Part shown: one piece after another, positions 17,934 through 28,143 of the stretch
How positions within the stretch are numbered: position 1 is the stretch's first letter
Layout: every line of letters begins with the position of its first letter
Origin: an uncultured Gammaproteobacteria bacterium
Lineage (GTDB): Bacteria > Patescibacteriota > Patescibacteriia > Magasanikbacterales > GWA2-37-8
Length of the DNA: 64,000 nucleotides
Assembly: GCA_964641245.1 (NCBI GenBank)
Contig: CAZXML010000004.1
Coordinates: forward strand, 5,418 to 69,417
Reading direction: 5' to 3'
Translations under genes and position numbers: made by a program
Notes under the pieces: generated by a model
What the model was told of the DNA's origin: nothing
Database searches by the model: none
What the model saw: only the letters and a program-made list of their open reading frames with translations

Positions 17934-18815
17934 CTAAATCTTCTCTTCCCAGCGCCGGTCGGTTTCAACCTCTAACTGAAGAAATACTTTTTTACCAAGA
18001 GCCGCTTCCAGTTCCTTGCGCGCGGCTATGCCGATTTCCTTTATGGAACGGCCTCCGGAGCCGATAATCATTTTTTTATAACGGCTGTCGTATGTATAAA
18101 TAATGGCGTTGATTACAAAAACATCCGGTTTGTCTGTTATTTCCGAAACCTCCACATGAGTAGTATACGGTACTTCCTGGCGTAAGGCTTTAAAAATTTT
18201 CTCTCTGATTAATTCCGCCACCCAAAATTTTTCATCCATATTTGTAAGCTGGGTAGGAGGGTAAGTGGCTTCACCAACCGGTAAAAGTTCAAAAACTTTA
18301 TCGCGCAACGGTTGCACATCTCTATTTTGTTCCGCCGATAATTCAAAAACCGCGGTAAATTCATCGCTCAAAGCTTTATAGTCATCTAAAAAAACCTTTT
18401 CTTTTGTAGGCAGGTCGGATTTATTAATAACCAATAATTTCGGTATTTCCAAGCCTCTTATCATGGCCAAAGTCGCGCGTTCTTCGGCGCCTAAAGACTT
18501 AGTGGGGTCAACCACATAAATTACCATATCTATGGCCTGTAAAGATTCGTGCACGCGCTGGATTAATCTTCCGGAGAGAGGGTTGCCCTTATCCTTAAAA
18601 ACTCCGGGAGTATCCACAAAGATTGCCTGCCCTTGCGCGGTGTTTAATACTCCGTGTATAATGTTTCTGGTTGTTTGCGGTTTGTCGGTGACAGCGGCCA
18701 GTTTGGTGCCAACCAGCGTGTTCAACAAAGCAGACTTCCCTACGTTAGAGCGTCCGACAAGAGTTATAAAACCGGTTTTAAATTCGCTTTTAGGTTGTTC
18801 GGCGGGTAAAATCAT
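17934..18815 (-). CDS. era: GTPase Era
   Basis: G1 GRSNVGKSALLN, G2/G3 motifs and a C-terminal KH domain. Size is 293 aa. Confidence 0.9.
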   Translation of the reverse strand: MILPAEQPKSEFKTGFITLVGRSNVGKSALLNTLVGTKLAAVTDKPQTTRNIIHGVLNTAQGQAIFVDTPGVFKDKGNPLSGRLIQRVHESLQAIDMVIYVVDPTKSLGAEERATLAMIRGLEIPKLLVINKSDLPTKEKVFLDDYKALSDEFTAVFELSAEQNRDVQPLRDKVFELLPVGEATYPPTQLTNMDEKFWVAELIREKIFKALRQEVPYTTHVEVSEITDKPDVFVINAIIYTYDSRYKKMIIGSGGRSIKEIGIAARKELEAALGKKVFLQLEVETDRRWEEKI

Positions 18816-18890
18816 ACGATTTGCCTTTGTCTCTTATTTAAGAGTATAATAATCTTGACTATACATTAAATTACCAATTAAAGCAAGGCT

Positions 18891-19337
18891 TTGAGTATGC
18901 AGGTGATTTTGATACAAAATGTACCCGGAATGGGCAAGATAGACGATATAAAAGAAGCCAGCGAAGGTTACGCCCGTAATTTTCTGTTTGCCCGGAATTT
19001 AGCCATCCCCGTAACCCTAAAAGTGCTGGCGGATTTAAAAATTCGTAAAAATAAAAAAGCCAAAGACTATGAAGTTGAATTACGTGGTGAGCAGAGTATC
19101 GCCGACAAATTGGACGGCTGGGAGTTGGTTTTAAAAGAAAAAGTCAGCACAGGAGGCTTGCTTTACGCCGCTGTTGGTCCGCAAAAAGTAGCTACCGAGC
19201 TGGTGAAAGCCGGTTTTGAAATTAGTAAAGACCAGATTATTTTAAAACCAATAAAAGAAACAGGGGAGTACAAAGCCAAAATTAAATTCCCTCACGGGTT
19301 GGAGGCGGAAATAAGAGTAATTGTTTCAAAATCTTAA
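18891..19337 (+). CDS. rplI: 50S ribosomal protein L9
   Basis: MQVILIQNVPGMGKIDDIKEASEGYARNFL matches the conserved bL9 N-terminus. Confidence 0.85.
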   Translation: MSMQVILIQNVPGMGKIDDIKEASEGYARNFLFARNLAIPVTLKVLADLKIRKNKKAKDYEVELRGEQSIADKLDGWELVLKEKVSTGGLLYAAVGPQKVATELVKAGFEISKDQIILKPIKETGEYKAKIKFPHGLEAEIRVIVSKS

Positions 19338-19346
19338 TTTAATAGC

Positions 19347-20990
19347 ATGAAAAAAACAAAATTTATATTCGTCATCGGCGGAGTGCTTAGCGGGGTGGGC
19401 AAGGGAGTCACAGCCGCATCCATCGGGCGTATTCTAAAAAACCGGGGCTTTAACGTCTCGGTTATTAAAATTGATCCATATATTAATATTGACGCCGGCA
19501 CTATGAATCCGCTGGAACACGGGGAGGTGTTTGTAACTGAAGACGGAGATGAAACCGACCAGGATTTGGGTAATTACGAGAGATTCTTGGAGGATAACAT
19601 TTATTCGTACAATTACATGACCACCGGCCGAGTGTATATGAGCGTGATTGAAAAAGAACGGAGTATGTTTTATAAAGGGCGCTGTGTGCAGGTGGTGCCT
19701 CATATTCCCATGGAAGTAATTTCGCGGATAAAAAACGCGGTAGAAAAAACCAAGGCGGAGGTAATGGTGATAGAAGTGGGTGGCACGGTAGGTGAATACG
19801 AAAATATATTATTTTTGGAAGCGGCGCGCATGATGAAGCTGGACGCCCCGGATGACGTAGCTTTTGTGTTGGTAAGTTATATGCCGGTGCCCGCTCATTT
19901 GGGAGAAATGAAAACCAAACCTACCCAGCACGCGGCCCGTACCTTGAACAATTCCGGTATTCAAGCGGATTTCATCGTGGCCAGAGGGAAAGACGAACTG
20001 GACAAGCCCAGACGCGAAAAGCTGGCGTTTTTTTGTTGGCTTCGTTCACAAGATGATGTAATTGCCGCTCCAGATGTGGCCAGTATTTATGAAATTCCCT
20101 TGGTTTTGGAAAAACAAAAATTCGCCGGTTTGCTCATGAAAAGATTAAAAATCAAACCGCGTCCGTTAGCAGACAAGCGCTGGGATGAATTTGTGGTCAA
20201 AATGAACAATGTAAAAAAACCGCTCAAGATTGCGTTGGTGGGCAAGTATTTTGCCACGGGCGGATATACTTTGGCTGATTCATATATTTCTGTAATCAAT
20301 GCCATAAAACATGCGGCTTGGCACAACGATGTTAAACCCGAACTAACATGGATTGATTCCGAAGATTATGAAAAAAATCCGGAAAAAGTAAAGGATCTTG
20401 GCGGTTATGATGCCTTGATTGTGCCCGGTGGATTTGGCACCAGAGGTATTGAAGGAATTATCAAAGCAATTAAATATGCCAGAGAAAACAATTTGCCGTA
20501 TTTGGGTTTATGTTATGGCATGCAACTTGCAACTGTAGAATTTGCGCGCAATGTTTTGGGTTATAAAGACGCGCACACTGTGGAATGCGATCCGAAAAGT
20601 AAAGAACTGATAATTAATATCAATCCAGCGCAAGCCGAGAATGTTAAAAAGGAACGTTTTGGCGGAACCATGCGCTTGGGCGCTTATGACTGCGTTCTTT
20701 CACCCGGAAGTTTGTCGCGCCAACTTTACGGCGCTGAAAAAATCAGTGAACGCCACCGCCACCGTTATGAGTTTGATAATAAATATAAATCAGAAATGGA
20801 AAAACACGGTCTCCTCGTCGCCGGGGTAAATCCGCAATCCGATCTGGTGGAAATTGTAGAATTAAAAAAACACCCATTTTTTGTGGGCGTTCAATTTCAT
20901 CCTGAATTTAAATCCCGATTTTTACAGCCGCACCCGCTTTTTGTGGGGCTGGTAAAAGCGGCCCTCAAAAAACCACATAAGAAGTACTAA
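19347..20990 (+). CDS. pyrG: CTP synthase
   Basis: N-terminal synthetase domain (KFIFVIGGVLSGVGKG) and a C-terminal glutamine amidotransferase (GLCYGMQL, HPEF). Confidence 0.95.
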   Translation: MKKTKFIFVIGGVLSGVGKGVTAASIGRILKNRGFNVSVIKIDPYINIDAGTMNPLEHGEVFVTEDGDETDQDLGNYERFLEDNIYSYNYMTTGRVYMSVIEKERSMFYKGRCVQVVPHIPMEVISRIKNAVEKTKAEVMVIEVGGTVGEYENILFLEAARMMKLDAPDDVAFVLVSYMPVPAHLGEMKTKPTQHAARTLNNSGIQADFIVARGKDELDKPRREKLAFFCWLRSQDDVIAAPDVASIYEIPLVLEKQKFAGLLMKRLKIKPRPLADKRWDEFVVKMNNVKKPLKIALVGKYFATGGYTLADSYISVINAIKHAAWHNDVKPELTWIDSEDYEKNPEKVKDLGGYDALIVPGGFGTRGIEGIIKAIKYARENNLPYLGLCYGMQLATVEFARNVLGYKDAHTVECDPKSKELIININPAQAENVKKERFGGTMRLGAYDCVLSPGSLSRQLYGAEKISERHRHRYEFDNKYKSEMEKHGLLVAGVNPQSDLVEIVELKKHPFFVGVQFHPEFKSRFLQPHPLFVGLVKAALKKPHKKY

Positions 20991-21048
20991 GGTATTTTTT
21001 AGGCACGCTCGGAAATGAAAACAAGTTTTCATTTCTCTCACTTTGCCC
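20985..21048. repeat. Family C hairpin repeat after pyrG stop
   Basis: ACTAAGGTATTTTTTAGGCACGCTCGGAAATGAAAACAAGTTTTCATTTCTCTCACTTTGCCC. About 90% identical to 17168-17230. Confidence 0.8.
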
Positions 21049-21059
21049 AAAAATAGTTA

Positions 21060-22451
21060 TTACCTTCCCGCCAACCTTAAAACCGTATTAATGGTTCTTA
21101 GGATTATAGAAATATCCAGAGTAAGACCGCGATTTTTAATATAAAATAAATCGTACTCCAGTTTTTGCAGGTTTTCTTCTATGGTGCCGTAGTAGGCATT
21201 ATGAATCTGGGCCCAGCCGGTTAGCCCCGGTTTAATTAAGTGTCTTAAAGAGTAATAGGGCATTTTTTCTGTTAATTGGGCGACAAATTCCGGGCGTTCG
21301 GGGCGGGGACCGATAACGGACATTTCGCCTTTTAGAATATTAATAAATTGCGGTACTTCGTCCAGGCGGGTGAGGCGTAAAAATTTTCCGACGGCGGTAA
21401 TTCGGGCATCTTTGTTGGATGCATATTGCGGTCCGCCGGTTTCGGCGCTACCGTCCGCAGACAGCGACACCATGGTGCGGTATTTATAGACTTTAAAAAT
21501 TATGCCCTGTCTGCCCATGCGGTTTTGAGAAAAAAATACGCGGCCTTTGGAGTTTAATTTAATGGCCAAAGCAACGAATGGGAGGGTGAATACAAAAAAT
21601 ATTCCCAGTACGCCCGCCAGAATATAATCGGTTAAAATGCGGAAACGGTCGTAGATTTTTTTCTGTTGTTCGTGCAAGTTCGTCACAAACCAGCTTTCAG
21701 AAAAAGTGAACGGGGGAATGCGGTGCATGATTGATTCATAAAAATCGGCTAGGTTAATAATACTAACCTGCTGAAAAAGACCCTGGTATAATTCTTTGAG
21801 CAATCCCGCGTCCGCAGTCATGTGAGGTGAAAGTACGATAATATTTGCGAAATTTTTAGTTTGATTATTTATATCGGCAATCGATTTACCAAAGACTATG
21901 TTTTGGAATTGACCGGCTGATTCATCGCCACCAATCACACCGGTAACAAAATATCCCAACCGCGGTTCCTTTTGGATGTTGTTTATCAATTCTTTAACTT
22001 CGGCGGTAACTCCGGCAAAGATTATGTTATATTTTAAGGAAGTAGAAATAAATTTATTGTAAAAATAGCGCCACAAGGAAATTAGGCCGAAGCCAATTAT
22101 GGCGGTAAGAACCAGGATTGTTTTTGGCGTGATGGCGGTTTTGGGGTTTATGTAAAAATAAATTATACCAAAGACAGTCCATGCCAGGGAGCTGAGGATA
22201 ATTTTTTGAAAAAAAGACCATGAGTTTTTGGTTTTACTGATATCGTAAAGGCCGGCAATAAAGAGAATAACGGCCGCCAAAATGAATAGTTGGGTCATGG
22301 GTGAGAGTAATTCCTGAAAATTTTGCCCAGGCGTTTTAAGGTATCTTAAATACAGAGCAAGATATAGCCCCGCATACAGAACGATTAAATCACCGGCCAA
22401 GAGGGTTAGTTGTTTAAAGCGATACATAGTAAATGTGGTATAATATGGCAA
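21060..22451 (-). CDS. Polyprenyl-phosphate sugar phosphotransferase (bacterial sugar transferase, WbaP-like)
   Basis: Transmembrane N-terminus. C-terminal catalytic domain has GPRPERPEF...KPGLTGWAQI. Confidence 0.8.
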   Translation of the reverse strand: MPYYTTFTMYRFKQLTLLAGDLIVLYAGLYLALYLRYLKTPGQNFQELLSPMTQLFILAAVILFIAGLYDISKTKNSWSFFQKIILSSLAWTVFGIIYFYINPKTAITPKTILVLTAIIGFGLISLWRYFYNKFISTSLKYNIIFAGVTAEVKELINNIQKEPRLGYFVTGVIGGDESAGQFQNIVFGKSIADINNQTKNFANIIVLSPHMTADAGLLKELYQGLFQQVSIINLADFYESIMHRIPPFTFSESWFVTNLHEQQKKIYDRFRILTDYILAGVLGIFFVFTLPFVALAIKLNSKGRVFFSQNRMGRQGIIFKVYKYRTMVSLSADGSAETGGPQYASNKDARITAVGKFLRLTRLDEVPQFINILKGEMSVIGPRPERPEFVAQLTEKMPYYSLRHLIKPGLTGWAQIHNAYYGTIEENLQKLEYDLFYIKNRGLTLDISIILRTINTVLRLAGR

Positions 22452-23980
22452 TGTTCGGATTATATCCTATGTTTATGCAAAAATCAAGCTTTATCACGTT
22501 TTTTCTTGCCACGGTAGTATTGTTGTATCCAAGCGTTTTTGTCTTAGCTGAAGTCCCTAACGATCCTAAATATTTGTTGCAGGAGTCTTTTTATAAGCAA
22601 ATAAACGCGCTCGCGGCCTGGGATATTACAACCGGCACCAGCAGTGTGGTGGTGGCGGTCATAGATACGGGCGTGGATATATTAAATGATGATTTAAAAA
22701 CCAATGTCTGGCAAAATTTAAAAGAGATTCCCGCCAATAATGTAGATGATGATGTAAATGGTTTCGTGGACGATGTGAATGGTTGGAATTTTGTGGAAAA
22801 CGACAACGATGTCCGTCTTTCAGTAATTAACGATTATGATGATTCCGGAGCGGTGAGTCACGGAACAATTTTGGCCGGACTGATTGGCGCTGTCGGAAAT
22901 AATAATTTACTGGGGACCGGATTAAATTGGCGTATAAAAATTATGCCTTTACGCGCCATTAGCAGCGGAGGCGGGGGATCATTGGAAAATGTGGCCCACG
23001 CAATTAATTACGCGGTTAATAACGGAGCCGATATTATAAACATAAGTTTTGTCGGCGATTCTAAAAGTTTTGGTTTGCAGGAAAGTTTATTTAACGCCAG
23101 AAATAAAGGAGTGCTGATAGTGGCGGCGTCCGGAAATAACAGAAATGACGGAACCGGAAATGATAACTCCACCAAAAATAAACAATATCCGATTTGTTCG
23201 GACTTCGAAGATTCGGAGAATTGGATATTGGGTGTGACTTCAGTGGGCAAAAATGATAAGTTAAGCGATTTTAGCAATTTTGGCATTTGTGTAGATTTGT
23301 CCGCTCCGGGTGAATACATTTATAGTACACAAAGATACGCCCCGCAATATATCGGTTATGCCAAAAATTTTGACGGCCCGTGGTTTGGTTCTTCATTTTC
23401 CGCGCCACTCGTAGCCGGCGCCGCGGCGTTGGTAAAGTCGGCGCGTCCGGATTGGAAAGCCAAGGAAATAATTTTGAACTTGCTTGCTACCGCGGATGAC
23501 ATAGACGGATTGAATCCCGGTTACGCCGGACAAGTTGGTTATGGACGTTTGAATGTGGGCAGGGCGGTGGCTAGGGCTATAGAATTAAAACCGACAGCGC
23601 TGGTTTTTGAGTCAAAATTAATAAGGAAAAATATAAACTATTTTGTTCGTATTACATCCGGAGGCAAGGTTTTGCGCGACCTGCCTTTGCCCGGTTATAA
23701 CCCAAAAACCACCAAATGGGCTGTGGTAGAAGATTTGCTGGTGTCTGCCAATTTAAGCAAAGGTAAAATGACGGTGAATGCCTGGGATTGGGCCGGTAAT
23801 AAAAAATTAACAAATTGGGTTTTGGCAGGAGTAAGCAAGATAGATGATTTAAAAATTGATACGGTGTGGGGTGATAGTCCGAATGCGATTTTATTTGTTA
23901 AGCGAGCTGGCGAGACCTGGCGGTTTATAATAGATTTGCCGAGTCAGAGCTGGAAAACAGATATTCTGGATGGGGTTTAA
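22433..23980 (+). CDS. Secreted S8 (subtilisin-like) serine peptidase
   Basis: Catalytic triad motifs VAVIDTGVD, HGTILAG and GSSFSAPLVAGAAAL. Signal peptide present. The start is probably an internal Met near 22470. Confidence 0.8.
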   Translation: MWYNMAMFGLYPMFMQKSSFITFFLATVVLLYPSVFVLAEVPNDPKYLLQESFYKQINALAAWDITTGTSSVVVAVIDTGVDILNDDLKTNVWQNLKEIPANNVDDDVNGFVDDVNGWNFVENDNDVRLSVINDYDDSGAVSHGTILAGLIGAVGNNNLLGTGLNWRIKIMPLRAISSGGGGSLENVAHAINYAVNNGADIINISFVGDSKSFGLQESLFNARNKGVLIVAASGNNRNDGTGNDNSTKNKQYPICSDFEDSENWILGVTSVGKNDKLSDFSNFGICVDLSAPGEYIYSTQRYAPQYIGYAKNFDGPWFGSSFSAPLVAGAAALVKSARPDWKAKEIILNLLATADDIDGLNPGYAGQVGYGRLNVGRAVARAIELKPTALVFESKLIRKNINYFVRITSGGKVLRDLPLPGYNPKTTKWAVVEDLLVSANLSKGKMTVNAWDWAGNKKLTNWVLAGVSKIDDLKIDTVWGDSPNAILFVKRAGETWRFIIDLPSQSWKTDILDGV

Positions 23981-24025
23981 TTATATATTGTCAATTAAGG
24001 CTAATAATGGTACAATATGATTGAA

Positions 24026-24095
24026 TAATTAACAATTAGCAATGAGCAAAAAGCAAGTTGTTTGTTAATTGTTGTTTGTTAATTGTTATTTATTA
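24026..24095. repeat. Family D palindrome upstream of epimerase gene
   Basis: AATTAACAATTAGCAATGAGCAAAAAGCAAGTTGTTTGTTAATTGTTGTTTGTTAATTG. Confidence 0.7.
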
Positions 24096-24098
24096 TCT

Positions 24099-25121
24099 AT
24101 GGACACTCCTATTTTTGAGAAAAAAAACGTTTTAGTAACCGGTGGCGCCGGTTTTATCGGATCCCATCTTTGCGAACGGCTTTTAAAAGAAGCCAAGGTA
24201 ATTTGTTTAGACGATTTTTCTAATTCCTCTCCGGCTAATATAAAACACCTGTTGCAGTATCCTGATTTTGAATTTATAAAATACGATGTTAATCAGCCGA
24301 TTGATTTGGATAAATTTGAGGAGTTGGATAAGTTTAAAGTAAAATTTCAGGGTATCCAGGAAGTTTATCATTTGGCTTGCCCCACCAGCCCGCTTAACTT
24401 TGAAAAATTAAAAATGCAATCATTGTGGGCCAATTCGTCTGCCATGATTAATACTTTAGATTTGGCGGTAAAACATAAGGCCAAATATATTTTTACATCC
24501 AGTTCGGTTGTTTACGGCAACGCCAGTGAAACAAAATCTGTTTTTAAGGAAACCGATCAGGGAGTTGTCGACCATTTATCTCTACGCGCCTGCTATGACG
24601 AAGGCAAGCGTTTTGCCGAGACCTGTGTGGCCACTTACCGCCAAGTTTACGGCATAGACGCCAAAATCGCCCGCGTCTTTACCACTTACGGTCCGCACAT
24701 GAAATTATTTGAAGGCCAGATGATTCCGGATTTTATTATCAACGCATTAGAAGGAAAAAATCTTACCATTCACGGAGATGAAACATTTTCCACCTCGCTT
24801 TGTTATGTTACCGATATGGTAGACGGCTTGGTGCGTTTAATGTCCAGCGCGCCGGAAGTTCAGATTGTTAATCTTGGTGATGACAAAATTGTTAAAATGG
24901 TAGATGTCACGGAAACAATAATTAAACTGACAAATTCCGCATCCCAGGTTGTGTTTGAAAAGCCGTTGGTATTTTTAACCAAAAAAGGCGCGCCAGATTT
25001 GGCTTACGCAAAAGACGTATTGGGTTGGATGCCTTTGGTACGTCTTCAAGACGGATTGGAAAAAACAATTGATTATACTATCGCCAATAAGGAGGCGTTA
25101 ATGTTTAATCACAGATATTAG
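24099..25121 (+). CDS. NAD-dependent epimerase/dehydratase, UDP-glucuronate decarboxylase (UXS)-like
   Basis: VLVTGGAGFIGSHL Rossmann motif. YDEGKRFAETC catalytic YxxxK context. The track start at 24069 lies inside the repeat. Confidence 0.8.
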   Translation: MDTPIFEKKNVLVTGGAGFIGSHLCERLLKEAKVICLDDFSNSSPANIKHLLQYPDFEFIKYDVNQPIDLDKFEELDKFKVKFQGIQEVYHLACPTSPLNFEKLKMQSLWANSSAMINTLDLAVKHKAKYIFTSSSVVYGNASETKSVFKETDQGVVDHLSLRACYDEGKRFAETCVATYRQVYGIDAKIARVFTTYGPHMKLFEGQMIPDFIINALEGKNLTIHGDETFSTSLCYVTDMVDGLVRLMSSAPEVQIVNLGDDKIVKMVDVTETIIKLTNSASQVVFEKPLVFLTKKGAPDLAYAKDVLGWMPLVRLQDGLEKTIDYTIANKEALMFNHRY

Positions 25122-25123
25122 TT

Positions 25124-25786
25124 ATGCTGTTCGTCATAGTTCCCGCCTACAACGAAGAGAAAAAAATCGGTCGCGTCATTAGCGGCCTTTTTAGTCAGGG
25201 GTTAAAAAATATTGTGGTGGTTGATGACGGGTCTGGCGATAATACTGTGTCGGAGGCGCAATCGGCCGGAGCGGTTGTTTTAAAGCATGAAGTAAACAGG
25301 GGTCAGGGAGCGGCTCTGCAAACTGGTAATGAGTATACTGTGGCCAACGGAGCCAGCGTGGTGGTTCATTTTGACGCAGACGGGCAGTTTAATCCGGCGG
25401 ATATTGCCAAGGCGCTGGTGACGATGAAAGATAAAAACATAGATGTGATTTTGGGTTCGCGTTTTTTGGACAATCGTTCGCAAATGCCGTGGACGAAAAA
25501 AAATATATTATTACCGGTTGCCAGATTAATAAATTGGTTTCTAACCGGATTAAAATTAACGGACGTACATAACGGTTTCAGAATATTGTCGCGGCGGGCG
25601 CTGGAGAAAATAAAAATTACGCAAGATCGGATGGCGCATAATTCCGAGATTATAAAACAGATAAAACAGAATAATCTATCGTATCTTGAATATCCGGTGG
25701 AGGTTACATATAATGAATATGGCCAGGGGGTAGGCGGAGGTTTTAAAATAATTATGGAAATTTTACAAGGACGTTTAATAAAATGA
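25124..25786 (+). CDS. Family 2 glycosyltransferase (dolichyl/polyprenyl-phosphate sugar synthase-like)
   Basis: VIVPAYNEE...VVVDDGSGDNT and the DAD region. Confidence 0.8.
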   Translation: MLFVIVPAYNEEKKIGRVISGLFSQGLKNIVVVDDGSGDNTVSEAQSAGAVVLKHEVNRGQGAALQTGNEYTVANGASVVVHFDADGQFNPADIAKALVTMKDKNIDVILGSRFLDNRSQMPWTKKNILLPVARLINWFLTGLKLTDVHNGFRILSRRALEKIKITQDRMAHNSEIIKQIKQNNLSYLEYPVEVTYNEYGQGVGGGFKIIMEILQGRLIK

Positions 25787-25787
25787 T

Positions 25788-26117
25788 ATGTTTGTAATTC
25801 AAATTCTACTAACGATTTTTTTTCTGTTCGCTCTAGTAAAAGTTATCGGCCGTTGGCGGGCCGGTGATTTAAGTTTGGTCGGCATGGTTTGGTGGTCAAT
25901 ATTTTGGATTTCGGCCACTGTGGTGGTCTTGTTGCCAAACTCGACTGCTACGCTGGCAAAATTAGTAGGAATTGGCCGTGGCGCGGATTTGGTGGTGTAT
26001 GTGGCGCTGGCCGGCATATTTTTTATAATATTCAGGCTGATGATAAAAATTGAATTGTTGAATAAAGATATAACTAAACTTACCAGAAAAATTGCATTGA
26101 AGGATAAAGATCTATAG
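25788..26117 (+). CDS. DUF2304-like small membrane protein
   Basis: Two transmembrane helices plus a C-terminal coiled coil. Typical partner of GT2 genes. Confidence 0.55.
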   Translation: MFVIQILLTIFFLFALVKVIGRWRAGDLSLVGMVWWSIFWISATVVVLLPNSTATLAKLVGIGRGADLVVYVALAGIFFIIFRLMIKIELLNKDITKLTRKIALKDKDL

Positions 26118-26192
26118 GGGCTAAAGCCCATATAATCTCATTCGCTCGGAAATAAATTTGTAAACAATTTATTTCTCTCACTTATTTCGATT
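26116..26192 (+). promoter_or_regulatory. Second copy of the ~80-bp leader module (CTATAGGGGCTAAAGCCCATATAATCTCATTCGCTCGGAAATAAA...TTATTTCGATT-ATG)
   Basis: Homologous to 15821-15899. Its internal hairpin GGAAATAAATTTGTAAACAATTTATTTC relates it to family C. Confidence 0.5.
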
Positions 26193-27278
26193 ATGAAAAT
26201 CGCCCACATAGTTTCAACTTTCTCGCCGCATATCGGTGGTATGGGGGCTGTTTGTTATAATGAAGCAAAACGATTATCAGAGATTGGGCACGACGTGACA
26301 GTCTTTACATTAAAATATCCGGGTAACGTATACGACGATACAAAATTTCCTTTTAAAGTTGTTCGCTTAAAGCCCTTGGTGAGGCTGGGGGACGCAGGGC
26401 TTGTGCCACAAGTATTAAAATATCTGAAGGGTTTTGATTTGGTTCATTTGCATTACCCGTTTTACGGGGGAGCGGAATGGCTTTGTTTTTCTGATATCCC
26501 ATTAGTTATTACCTACCATATGGACGCGCAGGCGAGGGGTCTTAAATTTATTATTCAAAAAATCTACGATTTAGTTTGGCCAAAATTTTTATTTGCCAAA
26601 GCCAAAAAAATCATTGCGGTTGATTCCGAGCATTTTAAAAATACCAAATTTGGAAAATTATATTCCGGCAAGGTTGTTGAAATAAAAAATGGGGTGGATA
26701 CTAACGTTTTTAATTCACATCCGGTTGATTTGGAAAAACTGGGGCTGGATAATTTAAAAAATAAAAAAATTATTCTTTTTGTCGGTAATTTAATGCCATT
26801 AAAACGTCTGGACCTTTTATTGAATGCATTGAAATTGTTGGCAGACGACAATTTGGCTTTGGTGATAGTCGGTGGAGGTTATGAATTGGAAAAATACAAG
26901 CAAAAGGCGAAAAATTTAAGCAATGTATTCATTGCCGGCCAGTGCAACGACCCGCAAAAACTTTCCGATTATTATAACATAGCTACGTGTGTGGTGGTGC
27001 CGTCGGATTACGAATCTTTTTCGTTGGTGGCCATAGAAGCCATGGCTTGTGGCAAGCCATTAGTGCTTAGCGATTTGCCTGTGCTAAAGAATAATTTCGG
27101 TGGATCAATTTTCTTTGAGAAAGGGTCGGTGGAGAGTCTGAAGGGCGCGTTAAAACAAGTCTTGTCATTGTCGGACGAAGAAAGGAAAAAAAATGGCGAG
27201 CTGGAAATAGAAAAAGCCGTTGGAGAGTATTCTTGGGACAAACATATGGTAAAGTTAACGCAAGTATATGACATTTGA
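26193..27278 (+). CDS. Family 4 (GT-B) glycosyltransferase
   Basis: C-terminal ESFSLVAIEAMACGKPLVLSD motif. N-terminal LVHLHYPFYGG. Confidence 0.8.
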   Translation: MKIAHIVSTFSPHIGGMGAVCYNEAKRLSEIGHDVTVFTLKYPGNVYDDTKFPFKVVRLKPLVRLGDAGLVPQVLKYLKGFDLVHLHYPFYGGAEWLCFSDIPLVITYHMDAQARGLKFIIQKIYDLVWPKFLFAKAKKIIAVDSEHFKNTKFGKLYSGKVVEIKNGVDTNVFNSHPVDLEKLGLDNLKNKKIILFVGNLMPLKRLDLLLNALKLLADDNLALVIVGGGYELEKYKQKAKNLSNVFIAGQCNDPQKLSDYYNIATCVVVPSDYESFSLVAIEAMACGKPLVLSDLPVLKNNFGGSIFFEKGSVESLKGALKQVLSLSDEERKKNGELEIEKAVGEYSWDKHMVKLTQVYDI

Positions 27279-28086
27279 TTACGAGAAGTCTATCTGGGGG
27301 CACGGCAATGCAAGTCTGAAACTTAGTTCTCCGACCAGTTTTCGGTTGCGCCAGAGTTTAAAATCAATAGCCGAGTTAAAAAACGGGGCCAAAGTGTTGG
27401 AATTGGGCTGTGGGGCCGGTCAATTTATTCGTGAAATAAAAAAAATAAGGCCGGAATTAAATTGTTATGGTTGTGATATCAGCCAGCACGCCATCGCCAT
27501 AGCCAAGCAGGCAAATGACGGAGTGGTTTATGATTTGAGCGCGGAAAATAAATCCGTGTACGAAGATAATTTTTTTGATGCCGTTCTTATCTATGATGTG
27601 TTAGAACACGTAGCCAATCCGGGTTTAATTTTAGCCGAAGTGAGCCGTGTTTTAAAAAACGGGGGAGTATTTTATTGTTTTGTGCCTTGCGAAGCCGACG
27701 CTTTATCTTTTTGGAACTTATTGCACAAGCTGGGTTTGAAAAAAGAACTGACAAAAATGTACGCCGGGCATATCAATAAATTTTCCCGAAAGAGTTTAGT
27801 GGGCTTGGTACAATCATTCGGTTTTGTAGTTACACGCATCCGATACAGCGAACAGGTGTTGGGCCAGCTTCTTGGTCTAGCCGCATTTTTTTCTATGGAC
27901 AGGTTTGCCAGAAAAAATAATTTGTATCAGGTAAATAACGAGCAGTATTTTTACGACTTGAATCAAAAAGGCGGGGGAGTTTTGCGAATAATAAAAAATA
28001 TCATAAATAGCCTGGTCACTCTGGAGTCAATTATTTTTTCCAGAATCCCGTCGCCGAACGTGCATTTAACGGTGGTTAAAAAGTAA
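27268..28086 (+). CDS. Class I SAM-dependent methyltransferase
   Basis: VLELGCGAGQF motif I and downstream motifs. Confidence 0.75.
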   Translation: MTFDYEKSIWGHGNASLKLSSPTSFRLRQSLKSIAELKNGAKVLELGCGAGQFIREIKKIRPELNCYGCDISQHAIAIAKQANDGVVYDLSAENKSVYEDNFFDAVLIYDVLEHVANPGLILAEVSRVLKNGGVFYCFVPCEADALSFWNLLHKLGLKKELTKMYAGHINKFSRKSLVGLVQSFGFVVTRIRYSEQVLGQLLGLAAFFSMDRFARKNNLYQVNNEQYFYDLNQKGGGVLRIIKNIINSLVTLESIIFSRIPSPNVHLTVVKK

Positions 28087-28092
28087 TTAGCT

Positions 28093-28128
28093 GTCATCCC
28101 GAGCGAGCCGTAGCGACGAGGGATGACA
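28093..28128. repeat. Family B palindromic element (TGTCATCCCGAGCGAGCCGTAGCGACGAGGGATGACA)
   Basis: Compact 36-bp palindrome with TGTCATCC/GGATGACA termini. Relatives at 46627-46670 and 54675-54768, and as an inverted pair inside secA. Confidence 0.8.
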
Positions 28129-28143
28129 ATTACGTTTGTCTAT

